Part shown: positions 29,358 through 40,117 of the stretch, one piece after another | How the letters are laid out: each line of letters begins with the position of its first letter | Numbering within the stretch: the first letter of the stretch is position 1 | Assembly: GCA_041396125.1 (NCBI GenBank) | Contig: JAWKZG010000014.1 | Span: 116,229 to 180,228 of the forward strand | DNA from: Gammaproteobacteria bacterium | Lineage (GTDB): Bacteria > Pseudomonadota > Gammaproteobacteria > Competibacterales > Competibacteraceae | Reading direction: 5' to 3' | DNA: 64,000 nt | Notes under the pieces: model-generated | The model's input: the letters and a program-made list of their open reading frames with translations, nothing else | Database searches by the model: none | Told to the model about the DNA's origin: nothing | Position numbers and translations under genes: made by a program

Positions 29358-30316
29358 TTGGTACCCCGACGCAGCAGGCTCTGGCCGATACCGCCGAGTC
29401 CCTGCGGAAACAGCAGCACCAGCGCAATGATGGCCAGACCGAGCAACAGCCGCCAGTACTCCAGCCGCGCCAAGGTATCGTACAGCCAGGTATACAGCGC
29501 CGCTCCGAACAAGGGTCCGCTCAGGCTTTGCACGCCACCCAGCAGCACCATCATCAGGGCGTCCACCGAACGCGGGATAGCCATGGCATCGGGAAAAATA
29601 CTGCCTTTGGAAAACACATACAGACCGCCCGCCAGTCCGGCGCAGGCACCTGCCACCGTGAACGCCAGCCACTGCTGCCGCTGTACCGGGATGCCAATGG
29701 CCTCGGCCCGCAGCGGGGAGTCCCGGCCAGCCCGCAGCAAATAACCAAACGGCGAAAACACCAGCCGTCGTAACAGATAAATACCACTGCCACACAGCGC
29801 CAGGGTCAGATAGTAAAAAGCGCGCCGGTCGTTGGCCCAGTCCGCTGGCCAGATGCCGAGAATGCCATCATCGCCGCCGGTAAACCCATACCATTGAAAT
29901 ACCACCGACCAGGCAATCTGAGCAAAAGCCAGGGTCAGCATCGCCAGATACACGCCGCTCAGACGGACACAGAACCAGCCGAACAGCAAAGCTCCCAGGC
30001 CGCCAGCCAGCGGTGCTGCCAGCAGGGCCGGCAACATTGGGGCCTGCAGATACTTGACCAGCAGTGCAGCGCCATACGCGCCCAGTCCGAAATACGCAGC
30101 ATGACCGAACGACACCATCCCGCCCGGTCCCATCATGAAATGCAGACTGGCAGCGAACAGGGCAGCGATCAGAATTTCAATGGCCAGTACCAGAGTAAAT
30201 TCGTCGATCAGCCAGGGCGTCAGCCAGGGCAGGGCGAGCAGACCCAACAGCAAAACCAGCCAGCCGGCCTGGCGCTTTCCAGCCGGCCAGACGCAGCGGT
30301 TCCTGGGCCTGCACAC
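29354..30316 (-). CDS. livM: Branched-chain amino acid ABC transporter permease LivM-like (start uncertain)
   Basis: Multi-TM permease with LivM-like sequence. Confidence 0.75.
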   Translation of the reverse strand: MCRPRNRCVWPAGKRQAGWLVLLLGLLALPWLTPWLIDEFTLVLAIEILIAALFAASLHFMMGPGGMVSFGHAAYFGLGAYGAALLVKYLQAPMLPALLAAPLAGGLGALLFGWFCVRLSGVYLAMLTLAFAQIAWSVVFQWYGFTGGDDGILGIWPADWANDRRAFYYLTLALCGSGIYLLRRLVFSPFGYLLRAGRDSPLRAEAIGIPVQRQQWLAFTVAGACAGLAGGLYVFSKGSIFPDAMAIPRSVDALMMVLLGGVQSLSGPLFGAALYTWLYDTLARLEYWRLLLGLAIIALVLLFPQGLGGIGQSLLRRGTK

Positions 30317-31205
30317 CGGGCGTATGAGTGGCGTCTTCCGGCCGTCCCAGCAGACCCCAGGGACGAATAACCAGCACCACCGCCATGACCAGAAACATCA
30401 ACACCAGCGTAATCTGAGGAAATATCAGGACCCCGAATGCGTTCAGCTCGCCAATCAGCACCGCAGCCAGAAAAGCCCCGGTGATCGAACCCATGCCGCC
30501 GACCACAACGACCACAAACGCCGCCGCGATGATATTCATGTCCAGCAGCAAATCCGCGCCGCCTTTCGGCAACTGCACCGCTCCACCGAGACCGGCCAGG
30601 ACCGCGCCGACAAAAAACACTGAGGTAAACAGCCAGGCCTGATTAACGCCCAGCGCCGCGACCATCTCACGATCCTGTGTTGCAGCGCGCACCAGCGTAC
30701 CCCAGCGGGTTTTGCGAAACAGCAGCCAGAGCGCCAGCAGCACCGCTGCACTGAGCACAATCAGCGCGATATCGTATTCCGGCAGATAATCCTGACCGAT
30801 GCGGATGGCGCTATCCAGGCCCGGCGCACGCGGCCCGATCAGATCTTCCGGCCCCCACAGCCATAGCGTGGCATCCTGTACGATCAGTACCACGCCAAAC
30901 GTGGCCAGCAGCTGAAACAGCTCGGGTGCCTGGTAAATACGTCGCAGAATCAGCACCTCGACCAGTACACCGATAAGCCCGACCAGCAGGGCGGCCAGAA
31001 CCACCGCTGACCAGAAGCCGAGGCCGCTGCCACCAAAGCGCTGTCCCAGTGAATACGCCAGATATGCGCCCAGCATATAAAACGAACCGTGGGCGAAGTT
31101 GACGATACGGCTGACGCCGAAAATGATGGATAAACCGGCCGCTACCATGAACAAAGAAGCGGCGCTGGCCAAACCGGTCAGAAATTGGATCAGGAAGGTA
31201 CTCAT
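30177..31205 (-). CDS. livH: Branched-chain amino acid ABC transporter permease LivH-like with unusual 3' extension overlapping livM by ~140 nt
   Basis: MSTFLIQFLTGLASAASLFMVAAGLSIIFG typical LivH N-terminus; C-terminal ~45 aa atypical. Confidence 0.75.
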   Translation of the reverse strand: MSTFLIQFLTGLASAASLFMVAAGLSIIFGVSRIVNFAHGSFYMLGAYLAYSLGQRFGGSGLGFWSAVVLAALLVGLIGVLVEVLILRRIYQAPELFQLLATFGVVLIVQDATLWLWGPEDLIGPRAPGLDSAIRIGQDYLPEYDIALIVLSAAVLLALWLLFRKTRWGTLVRAATQDREMVAALGVNQAWLFTSVFFVGAVLAGLGGAVQLPKGGADLLLDMNIIAAAFVVVVVGGMGSITGAFLAAVLIGELNAFGVLIFPQITLVLMFLVMAVVLVIRPWGLLGRPEDATHTPGVQAQEPLRLAGWKAPGRLAGFAVGSARPALADALADRRIYSGTGH

Positions 31206-31333
31206 TACGGCTTATGCGGGCTCGTCAGCTGTCGATTGTTGTGCTTTCTGGTTATTACTTTTAGCATACCGCAATCTTTACAAGGCAGGCTATGCCGGTT
31301 GCATCGGGCAGCGGCGACGACAGGAGAGAGCTC

Positions 31334-32668
31334 ATGATCTGGAGTAAATTTGGCGGCGAATTCGTCGATGTCATCGAATGGACCGATGACAGCAAGGACA
31401 CCCTGGTCTACCGTTTCGAGCGCTACGGCAACGAAATCAAATACGGTGCCAAACTGACCGTGCGGCCTGGTCAGATTGCGGTTTTTGTCAACGAGGGCAA
31501 ACTGGCCGACACGTTCAGCCCCGGCATGTACACGCTGGAAACCCAGAATGTGCCGATTTTGTCCACGCTGCAAGGCTGGAAACACGGTTTCGAAAGCCCG
31601 TTCAAGGCGGAAGTGTATTTCGTCAGCACGCGCCGTTTCACCGATCTCAAATGGGGCACCAAAAACCCGATTATTGTGCGCGACAAAGAATTCGATATGG
31701 TCCGGCTGCGCGCTTATGGCACCTACGAAATCAAAGTCAACGATGCGTCCATGCTGATCCATGAAATCGTCGGCACCGACGGGCATTTCACCACCGACGA
31801 AATCAGTAATCAATTGCGCAATCTGATCGTTTCGCGCTTTAGCGATGTGGTGGCTGAATCCGGTATCCCTCTGCTTGATATGGCAGCCAATTACACCGAG
31901 CTAAGCGATTATGTGACGCGGGAAATTGGCCTTGAAGTCGCCCAGTACGGGCTGGAGCTGACCAAATTACTGGTTGAAAACATCTCGCTGCCGCCAGCCG
32001 TGGAAGAAGCGCTGGATCGGCGCAGCAGTATGGGTATTGTCGGTGATCTGAAAAAATACTCCCAGTTTCAGGCCGCTGAAGCGATGCCGGATGCGGCCCG
32101 AAATCCCGGCGGTGATGCTGGTGCCGGTATTGGCATGGGGATGGGTTTCGCGATGGCCAAACAAATGGCTGATGCGATGTCGAATCCTGCTGCACCACCG
32201 CCACCTGCACCCGCTCCGGCAGCACCTGCGGCGGGCGCTCCGCCACCACCACCACCAGCAGGCGCGGTGCAATATTATCTAGCTGAAAACGGTCAGCGGC
32301 AGGGGCCGTTCGGACTGGATGCCCTTAAGCAAAAAGCACAAAGCGGTGCATTCAATAAGCAGACCATGGTCTGGGCGCAAGGTATGACTGCCTGGCAGAA
32401 AGCCGGTGAGGTAGCGGAATTGCAGAGCTTGTTTAGCGCTCCACCGCCCTTGCCGGGAGCGGCTACGCCAAGTTTTTACGTCGCTGAAAACGGTCAGCAG
32501 GCCGGGCCATTCCGTCTGGAAACGCTGCGCGAATGGGCGAGTGAGGGGGTTTTTACCCGCGCCACTCTGGTCTGGCGGGAAGGCATGAACGGCTGGCAGG
32601 CTGCCGGCGAGGTGGAGATTTTGCAGGATTTATTCACGCATCTGCCGCCGCCGTTGCCGTCGCACTGA
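31334..32668 (+). CDS. SPFH/band-7 domain protein with Pro/Ala-rich linker and two C-terminal GYF-like (DUF4339) repeats
   Basis: YdjI-like SPFH N-terminal region; duplicated ...YVAENGQ..GPF....L...A..G.F...TLVW..GM..WQ.AGEV motif. Confidence 0.7.
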   Translation: MIWSKFGGEFVDVIEWTDDSKDTLVYRFERYGNEIKYGAKLTVRPGQIAVFVNEGKLADTFSPGMYTLETQNVPILSTLQGWKHGFESPFKAEVYFVSTRRFTDLKWGTKNPIIVRDKEFDMVRLRAYGTYEIKVNDASMLIHEIVGTDGHFTTDEISNQLRNLIVSRFSDVVAESGIPLLDMAANYTELSDYVTREIGLEVAQYGLELTKLLVENISLPPAVEEALDRRSSMGIVGDLKKYSQFQAAEAMPDAARNPGGDAGAGIGMGMGFAMAKQMADAMSNPAAPPPPAPAPAAPAAGAPPPPPPAGAVQYYLAENGQRQGPFGLDALKQKAQSGAFNKQTMVWAQGMTAWQKAGEVAELQSLFSAPPPLPGAATPSFYVAENGQQAGPFRLETLREWASEGVFTRATLVWREGMNGWQAAGEVEILQDLFTHLPPPLPSH

Positions 32669-32684
32669 GGGCCGATACGCCGCA

Positions 32685-33749
32685 ATGTCTGTTAAACAAT
32701 TCCCCTGCAAGAGCTGCGGTGCAGCATTTGAATACACCCCTGGCACAGCGCATCTGACCTGTCCGTATTGCGGCAGTGAAAACGCCATTCCGCAATCCGA
32801 GCAGGATATCGCGGAACAGGATTTTCACGCTACGCTGGCGCAATTGGCCAGCACCCATACGGTCGAACGCAGTGCCACGGTTACCTGCCAGAGCTGTGAC
32901 GCCGAGTTTACGCTGGCACCGAATACCCGCGCCGATGAATGCCCGTTCTGTGGCTCGGCGGTAATCAGCGAACCGGGCGAGCATGAACAACTGCCGCCGG
33001 TCGCACTGCTGCCGTTTAAACTGAATGCCCGTGACGCCCGCAAACAGTTTGCCAACTGGCTGCAAAAGCTCTGGTTTGCGCCGAATAAAGTCAAACAATA
33101 TGCTCGTGCTGACGACGGCTTTAGCGGTATTTATCTGCCGTACTGGACCTTCGACAGCCGCACTGTCAGCGTATACCGCGGCCAGCGCGGGGACGATTAC
33201 TATGTCCAGACCCGTGGCCCGGACGGCAAGACCCGGCGCGAGAAACGTACCCGCTGGCACACGGTTAGCGGTACGGTCGGTCGGGTTTTTGACGATGTGC
33301 TGGTGGTAGCCAGTGAATCATTGCCAAAAACCTACGTTGAGCGGCTGGCACCGTGGGATCTGGCGGAGCTGACGCCTTACAGCCAGGAATATCTCAGCGG
33401 GTTTCGGGCGGAAACCTATCAGATCGGACTGGAGCAGGGCTATCAGCATGCCCGCAGTCAGATGGAAGCGCTGATCCGGCAAGACGTGAAGCGCGATATT
33501 GGCGGGGACAAGCAGCGTATTCAGAACATCTCGACCCAGTACGACAATATCACCTTCAAGCATATCCTGTTGCCGGTGTACATGGCGGCCTACCGCTACC
33601 GGGACAAGGTCTATCGTTTTGTGATTAATGGCCGTACCGGCGAGGTGCAAGGCGAACGGCCCTACAGCTGGGTCAAGATCGGACTGGCTGCACTGCTTGC
33701 CGCAGCGCTGATCGGAGGACTGGTGTATATTCTGAATCAATCCCAATAA
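32685..33749 (+). CDS. Zinc-ribbon membrane protein (YdjG-like partner of SPFH protein)
   Basis: Two CxxC...CPxCG zinc-ribbon pairs at N-terminus; C-terminal TM helix. Confidence 0.6.
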   Translation: MSVKQFPCKSCGAAFEYTPGTAHLTCPYCGSENAIPQSEQDIAEQDFHATLAQLASTHTVERSATVTCQSCDAEFTLAPNTRADECPFCGSAVISEPGEHEQLPPVALLPFKLNARDARKQFANWLQKLWFAPNKVKQYARADDGFSGIYLPYWTFDSRTVSVYRGQRGDDYYVQTRGPDGKTRREKRTRWHTVSGTVGRVFDDVLVVASESLPKTYVERLAPWDLAELTPYSQEYLSGFRAETYQIGLEQGYQHARSQMEALIRQDVKRDIGGDKQRIQNISTQYDNITFKHILLPVYMAAYRYRDKVYRFVINGRTGEVQGERPYSWVKIGLAALLAAALIGGLVYILNQSQ

Positions 33750-33832
33750 AAACAGCTCCGCAGGCGCGCCCGTGTCATCCGGCTGCTGCCGTTTCCAACC
33801 ACCCATTTGCATAGAACCAGAACAATAGACTT

Positions 33833-35011
33833 ATGAACCTACCCGTTACAGCCACTGAAAAACACCCCGGTACCACTATCCGTTCCATCCGCCTGATCGG
33901 TTTAAGCCACACCCTGCCCAACGGGCTGGCCTACGGCATGAGCCGGGGTATGACCCCGTGTCGCCAGACCACTTTGGTCGAACTAACCACAGAAGATGGC
34001 GTCGTCGGTATCGGCGAAGCCTGGGGAATGCCAGCCCTGAATGCCGCCTACCTGGCGGTTATCAAGCCGTTTTATCTGGGCCGGCGGGTGTTTGATCACG
34101 AGCTGGCCTGGTATGACATCATTTCGCGCCTGTACCACCTGGGTATCCAGAACCAGATGATAGCCTGTATGAGCGGTATCGACATGGCGGCGCGTGATGC
34201 TATTGGCAAACTGCTTGGGGTTGGTGTCTGTGATCTGCTGGGCGGGCGAGGCAGCGAGCGTATTCCTGTGTATGCTTCAGGCGGTTATTTCGCCAATCAG
34301 ACGCATTATTCGCTGGAGCACCAGCTCGAACCCCTGGCCGGGCAGGGCCATAAGCGGGTCAAGATAAAAATTGGCCGCAGTCCGCAGGATGATCAGGATC
34401 GGGTCGTCCGCAGCCGGGCTGTGCTGGGGGATGACTTCGAGCTGCTGGTCGATACCAATGGCAATTATTCACCCGATCTAGTGCTTGACAGTATGCGCCG
34501 GATTGCGCCCTATAACATCGGCTGGTACGAGGAACCGCTGCCACCGCAGGATTTTCAGGGCTTGCAGCGATTACGGGAACAAGCCCTGATTCCGGTCGCG
34601 ACGGGCGAGGCTTTATACACCGCTTTTGATTTTAATCGCTTGCTCGAAGCGCGTCAGATCGACGTCCTGCAACCGGATATTACGCTCTGCGGCGGGCTGG
34701 GACAGGCACGCCACAGTGCACTGCAGGCGCTGCAGGCGAATCTGCGGGTTTCGCCTCATGTCTGGGGCAGCGCGGTCGGTCTGGCTGCAGCCTGTCATTT
34801 TGTCGCCTCACTGCCTACCTATCCGCATGGTGATAATAATCCGGCACCGACGCTGATCGAATACGATATCGGGATCAATCCGCTGCGTGATGAACTGCTG
34901 AGCACGCCGCTGACCGCCCAGGCCGGAGAAGTCGCAGTGCCGACTGGCGCGGGGCTGGGCATTGAGCTTGATCCGGACGCCGTGGCCAAGTACCAGACCG
35001 AGGTTTATTAA
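33833..35011 (+). CDS. Mandelate racemase/muconate lactonizing enzyme (enolase superfamily) protein
   Basis: 392 aa; ...DGVVGIGEAWG... capping/barrel domain motifs. Confidence 0.75.
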   Translation: MNLPVTATEKHPGTTIRSIRLIGLSHTLPNGLAYGMSRGMTPCRQTTLVELTTEDGVVGIGEAWGMPALNAAYLAVIKPFYLGRRVFDHELAWYDIISRLYHLGIQNQMIACMSGIDMAARDAIGKLLGVGVCDLLGGRGSERIPVYASGGYFANQTHYSLEHQLEPLAGQGHKRVKIKIGRSPQDDQDRVVRSRAVLGDDFELLVDTNGNYSPDLVLDSMRRIAPYNIGWYEEPLPPQDFQGLQRLREQALIPVATGEALYTAFDFNRLLEARQIDVLQPDITLCGGLGQARHSALQALQANLRVSPHVWGSAVGLAAACHFVASLPTYPHGDNNPAPTLIEYDIGINPLRDELLSTPLTAQAGEVAVPTGAGLGIELDPDAVAKYQTEVY

Positions 35012-35015
35012 GCGT

Positions 35016-35944
35016 ATGGCAAAACGGGTCTTGCTGGTTGGCTGCCAGGGGTTTGTGGGTCGTCATGTGCTGCAGGCGCTGCGTGCGGCCGGCTGGTCTG
35101 TGTACGGTTATGACCTGGCAGCGGATTGTACTGACGACCGGCTGGAGCATTATTTTTGCGGCCAGTTGCAGGATCGTGCCTGCCTGGCAGCGCTGGCGCA
35201 GACAAAAGCGGATCTGATTGTCTCGCTGGCAGCCTACAATGCCGGCGATGGCATGGTGAGCTCAGTGAACAGGACGACGATCAGGCGATCCAGGTCAATG
35301 CGCTGGGCCTGAAAACACTACTGGATGCTGCCCGCCAGGCCGGTGTGGCACGGGTATTATGGGCCAGCTCGACGGTGGTGTACGGTGCTGCCGGGCGCTA
35401 TCCGCCCGGTCCCGTCAACGAAGATGCGCCGTGTCGGCCGCTGCTGAGTTACGGCTTAAGCAAAGTGCTGGCGGAACAGATCGCCTGCTTTCAGCGCGAT
35501 CGTTACGGTCTGGAGGTCTGTGGCCTGCGCCTGCCGCTGGTGTTCGGGCCGGGCCGCTGGTATCGCGGCGCGCTGGGCAGTCTGGCCGATGTGTTTGCGC
35601 AGGCCGGATCTGGCCGCAGACTCCGGCTCGACGGCCCGTCCGAACCTTTCGATTTCCTGTATGCCGTCGATGCCGGACGGGCATTTGCCGCCGCTGCAGA
35701 CTGCCCGAAACCGTTGTCGGCAGTCTACAATGTGGCGGGTTTTGTTACGGATTATGAGGCGATTGCCAGTGCGCTGGAGCAACGTTTCGAACAGCTGCAT
35801 ATCGAGCGACATTTAAGCCCGAGCGACTGGGTTTTACCGCTGCTTGACGGCCACTATTTCCAGCATGATACCGGCTTCCAGGCCGCGTTTGATCTGGCTC
35901 GTGCGGTGGATGATTTTCTGCATCATGCCGGCTCCCCGTCCTGA
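35016..35944 (+). pseudogene. NAD-dependent epimerase/dehydratase family protein with frameshift near 35240-35290
   Basis: N-terminal VLLVGCQGFVGRHV Rossmann motif in one frame, remainder (YGLSK catalytic motif) in ORF 35156-35944. Confidence 0.55.
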
Positions 35945-37158
35945 TTTGGGCTGGCGCTGACCAGTACCCCGGCGCTGGTCAGCTGCTCGATCTCGCTGTC
36001 GGCAAAACCGGCGGCGTGCAGGACTTCCTGATTGTGCTGGCCGATACTCGGGGGCTGGCGCTGCAGCGGGATGCGTTCCCGGTCACTGCCAAATTCCAGC
36101 GGCAGAGCGGGCAGCAGGGTTTGCTCACCCACGCCACCACCAGCAGCGGTAATCGCGGTTGCCAGCAGCCCGCCACTGTCCAGTAAATGCGGATCGGTAA
36201 AAAGATCTTCCGGCCGTCCGACCGGCGCCCAGGAAATTTTGGCCGACTCGCAACGTGCAATGACCTGCTCGTACGGCAGTTCAGAAAAGATCGCACCGAG
36301 TTGGGGAATCAGCCAGGTACGTTCCTTGGCCCGTTGCGCGTTGCTGGCAAGGCGTTCGTCCTGCGCCAGCGTGGGTAATTCGAACACCTGGCAGAACCGC
36401 TCCCATTGCGCATCACTGGTAACACCGATAAAGAGTTGCTCACCTTCCTGCGTTTTGAAGACATCGTAAATACCCCAGGCCCCGCGCCGGGCGGTCATCG
36501 GCGGTACGGTTTCACCGGTGGCGGCCGCGCCTGCCATATGCGAGCCCATCAGAAATACGGCCGATTCGAACAGTGAACTGCCGACGCGCTGGCCTTGGCC
36601 GGTTTGCTCGCGCTCGCGCAGGGCAGCCAAAACACCCGTAACGCCAAACACTGCACCCAGAATATCGACGATCGATGCGCCGGCGCGCAGGGGCTGACCC
36701 GGCGGGCCTGTCATATAAGCCAGACCGCTTTGAAATTGTACGACTTCGTCCAGTGCCGGTTTCTGTTCGTAGGGGCCGGCCAGAAATCCCTTCAGCGCGA
36801 GATAAATCAGTCTTGGATTGAGCGCGCTCAGTGTTTCCCAGCCGCAGTTCAGTCGCTCCATGGTACCAGGGCCGTAATTTTCCAGTACCACATCGGCATC
36901 GCGCACCAGACGATGCAGAACGGCCTGACCTGCCGGATTTTTCAGATCAATGGCGAGACTGCGCTTGTTGCGATTGAAATTGGCGAAAAAGCCGGCTGCG
37001 AAACCCGGCAGGCGGCGGGTATGATCGCCACCGGGTGCGGGTTCGACTTTGATAACATCAGCGCCCAGATCGGCGAATAGCAATCCGGCACAAGGTCCCA
37101 TGATAGTGTGGCTGAACTCCAGTACTTGCAGTCCCGCTAAAGGTTTCGGTGTACTCAT
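35923..37158 (-). CDS. CoA transferase family III (CaiB/BaiF)
   Basis: 411 aa; LEFSHTIMGPCAGLLFADLGADVIKVEPAPGGD signature. Confidence 0.85.
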   Translation of the reverse strand: MSTPKPLAGLQVLEFSHTIMGPCAGLLFADLGADVIKVEPAPGGDHTRRLPGFAAGFFANFNRNKRSLAIDLKNPAGQAVLHRLVRDADVVLENYGPGTMERLNCGWETLSALNPRLIYLALKGFLAGPYEQKPALDEVVQFQSGLAYMTGPPGQPLRAGASIVDILGAVFGVTGVLAALREREQTGQGQRVGSSLFESAVFLMGSHMAGAAATGETVPPMTARRGAWGIYDVFKTQEGEQLFIGVTSDAQWERFCQVFELPTLAQDERLASNAQRAKERTWLIPQLGAIFSELPYEQVIARCESAKISWAPVGRPEDLFTDPHLLDSGGLLATAITAAGGGVGEQTLLPALPLEFGSDRERIPLQRQPPSIGQHNQEVLHAAGFADSEIEQLTSAGVLVSASPNQDGEPA

Positions 37159-38134
37159 GCTGCTGCTTTGGCCCGAAATCTGGTCAGACTGCCACCCCGC
37201 AGCGCGGCGCTGGGGAGCTGATGGCCTACGATGCGCTCCGCCATTTGGGCAACGTCCAGTAGTGCATCAAGATCGACGCCGGTACTGATACCCATCTCTT
37301 CGGCCAGCAACACCAGTTCTTCCGTGGCGATATTGCCCGGTGCACCCTTGTGTGCCGCGAACGGACAGCCGCCCAGCCCGGCAACTGTGGTGTCAAAGCG
37401 CTCGACACCCAGACGCAGGCCGGTATGGGCATTGGCAATACCCAGACCACGGGTATCGTGCAGATGCAGTTTCAGTTGTAGTTCCGGCCAGCGCTCACGC
37501 ACTGCGCTGACGAGTTTTTCAATGCGTGCCGGAGTCGCCCAGCCCATCGTGTCGGCCAGGGATAATTCCTCGATGGTGACGCCGGCTTCGGCTGCCAGTT
37601 CGAGACCGTCAGCCACTGTGGTCAGCACCTGCGCAGGAGCAATATCGCCGGCGAAATTACAGCCGAAAGCCGCCATGACACCAATCCGGGTAACCGGGAC
37701 GCCGGCTTTGAGGTGGGCCTGGGTTTGCACACGCATGGCCTCTAGATTGCCCGCGTGGTCACGATTGAGGTTCTTACGCGAAAACGCATCAGAAGCGGCC
37801 AGCGAGATGGAACCGCTCAAGGTCAGTTTATCCCGGTACGCCAGGGCACGATTCAGACCTTTTTCGTTAAACCAGAGTGCGTGTACTCGACGCCGGCACG
37901 CGGACTGAAACCGGCGGCGACCTGCTCGGCATCGGCCCAGCCGGGCACCAGCCGGGGCGATACGAATGAACAAATCTGGATATGGCTCAGCCCGGTGGCT
38001 GACAGGGCATCAATCAGCGCGATCTTGTCCGCACTGGCAATAGGGCCGGGTTCGATCTGGAACCCTTCCCGCGGGCCCTCTTCGGTAATCAGAATCCGGT
38101 TTGGAAGATCAGACATATAAATAACTCTCCTCAA
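37155..38134 (-). pseudogene. HMG-CoA lyase-like (citramalyl-CoA lyase-like) protein with frameshift near 37880
   Basis: N-terminal 93-aa ORF (37853-38134) and 272-aa ORF (37155-37973) together cover an HMGL-like TIM-barrel; LHLHDTRGLGIANA motif. Confidence 0.6.
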
Positions 38135-38146
38135 GCGTACACAAGG

Positions 38147-39679
38147 TTACGGTTGGGTATCGGTATGAGATAGATTTTTGCGCTGTTGCGCCCGCCGCCG
38201 CGCCCGCAGCGCTGTGAAAACGGCGATCAGCAAGGCCACTGTGGTTGCACCGTACAGGGTCAGGGCAATCGGGCTTTCTATTAAAATTGAGGCATCGCCG
38301 CCCGAGATACTGAGTGCCCGGCGGTAATTGTTCTCCATTTCAGTCCCCAGCAGCAGTCCGAGCACAATCGGTACAATCGGAATATCGAGCTTGCGCATCA
38401 GATAACCCAATACCCCGAAACCCACCATCACAAACAGATCGAAGGTTGAGTGGTTGATCGAGTAAACGCCGACAAAGCTGATCATCACTACTGCCGGCAG
38501 CAGCAGCCACATTGGCAGCGCCAGCAGGCGGGTGAAGAAGCCAACCAGCGGCACGTTGAGCAGCAACAGCACCACATTGGCGATATACAGCGAGGCAATC
38601 AGACCCCATACCACGTCAGGCTGTTTTTGAAACAATAAAGGACCCGGTGTGATGTTCAGCGAAATCAGCAGCGCCAGCAGAACGGCGGTGGTGCCGCTGC
38701 CGGGAACACCCAGGCTGAGCATCGGGATCAGTGCACCACCGGCCGCCGCATTATTGCCCGCTTCGGGTGCAGCTACACCGCGCGGATCACCAGTGCCAAA
38801 CGTTTTATCGCGATTGGAGACCTTTTTTTCCAGCGCATAAGCCAAAAAGCTGCCGAGCGAAGCACCCGCACCGGGCAGTACCCCCGACACAAAACCGACC
38901 AGTGAGCCACGCAGCATGGCGCCAAATGTTGCGGCAATCTCGGAGAATTTGGCGTAGGCGCGATGCACCGGCACCATCGGTCCGGCAGTGCTGTGCTGCT
39001 GTTCGAGATAGACCAGAATCTCGCTGATGGCAAAAAGCCCGACAATGGCCACAATCGGATGAAAGCCATCAAACAGATGGAAAACGCCGAAGGTATAGCG
39101 GGCCGTGCCGCTGACCGGGTCGAGTCCGACCGTGCCGAGCGCGAGCCCGAACGCGGCTGCCATTAATGTTTTGGCCGGATTGGCACCGGTAACGCCGCCG
39201 ATGGTGGCAAACGCCAGAATGTACAGCGCAAAATATTCCGCCGGGCCGAAATGAATGGCAATTTTGACCAGCATCGGTGCAAACAGCGTCAGTCCGATGG
39301 TCGCCAGGGTAGCACCCACAAATGAGGCAATTGCCGAGATGGCTAGCGCTTCAGAGGCTTTACCTTTGCGCGCCATGGGATGTCCGTCCAGACAGGTCAT
39401 CATGGCCGGTTCATCACCTGGAATATTCAGCATGATCGATGAAATACGGCCCCCGTACATACAGCCGTAATACACGCAGGCAAGCAGAATAATAGCTGAC
39501 GCCGGTTCCAGCCCCAGGGTAAAGGCCAGCGGTATCAGGATCGCGACCCCGTTGACCGGACCAAGCCCCGGTAGCGCACCGACAACGGTGCCGGCAATGC
39601 AGCCGAAGACGGCCAGCATAAAATTGGTGGGGGTCAGTGCAACGCCCAGACCTTGGGCAAGAAAGCCGAGTATTTCCAT
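38147..39679 (-). CDS. tctA: Tripartite tricarboxylate transporter permease TctA
   Basis: 510 aa, multi-TM, TctA-like N-terminus. Confidence 0.85.
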   Translation of the reverse strand: MEILGFLAQGLGVALTPTNFMLAVFGCIAGTVVGALPGLGPVNGVAILIPLAFTLGLEPASAIILLACVYYGCMYGGRISSIMLNIPGDEPAMMTCLDGHPMARKGKASEALAISAIASFVGATLATIGLTLFAPMLVKIAIHFGPAEYFALYILAFATIGGVTGANPAKTLMAAAFGLALGTVGLDPVSGTARYTFGVFHLFDGFHPIVAIVGLFAISEILVYLEQQHSTAGPMVPVHRAYAKFSEIAATFGAMLRGSLVGFVSGVLPGAGASLGSFLAYALEKKVSNRDKTFGTGDPRGVAAPEAGNNAAAGGALIPMLSLGVPGSGTTAVLLALLISLNITPGPLLFQKQPDVVWGLIASLYIANVVLLLLNVPLVGFFTRLLALPMWLLLPAVVMISFVGVYSINHSTFDLFVMVGFGVLGYLMRKLDIPIVPIVLGLLLGTEMENNYRRALSISGGDASILIESPIALTLYGATTVALLIAVFTALRARRRAQQRKNLSHTDTQP

Positions 39680-39685
39680 TGCGGC

Positions 39686-40117
39686 TTAACTGAAATTTTC
39701 AGGCAACATGGGTAGATGCAGTCCTAATAACTGATCGAAAATGACAAACAGGGCCAGCGAGATGGTGATTGCCGAGACCAGCCCGGCACGCAGACCAGCG
39801 CCCAGCAGCCAGGCCATAATCATGATGCCCAGCGCGGTGGACAGCGGAAAGCCCAGCGGCTCCAGCAGCAGCGGATAGCCCAGCAGCACCAGCAGCATGC
39901 CGCATTGGCGCAGCAGCGGGTGGCCGCTAGGCCAATGCGGGTCAGGATCCGGGCGCAGAATAAGATAAAACGCGAACAGCCCCAGCGGTATCGCAACCAG
40001 TTGCGGAAATGCCGCGGGGCCGACCGGATCGCCGAACCCCTGGTCGAAGCTGTTCGCATGCCAGGCATACCAGATCGCCAGCGCGGCGATCAGGAGCCCG
40101 GTGATGCGATCACTCAT
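39686..40117 (-). CDS. tctB: Tripartite tricarboxylate transporter TctB family protein
   Basis: 143 aa, 4 TM, adjacent to tctA. Confidence 0.7.
   Translation of the reverse strand: MSDRITGLLIAALAIWYAWHANSFDQGFGDPVGPAAFPQLVAIPLGLFAFYLILRPDPDPHWPSGHPLLRQCGMLLVLLGYPLLLEPLGFPLSTALGIMIMAWLLGAGLRAGLVSAITISLALFVIFDQLLGLHLPMLPENFS

Noticed and set aside
28572-30623. Many + strand ORFs across the liv operon
   Set aside because: All antisense to LivF/G/M/H with Arg/Ala-rich low-complexity translations typical of high-GC noise.
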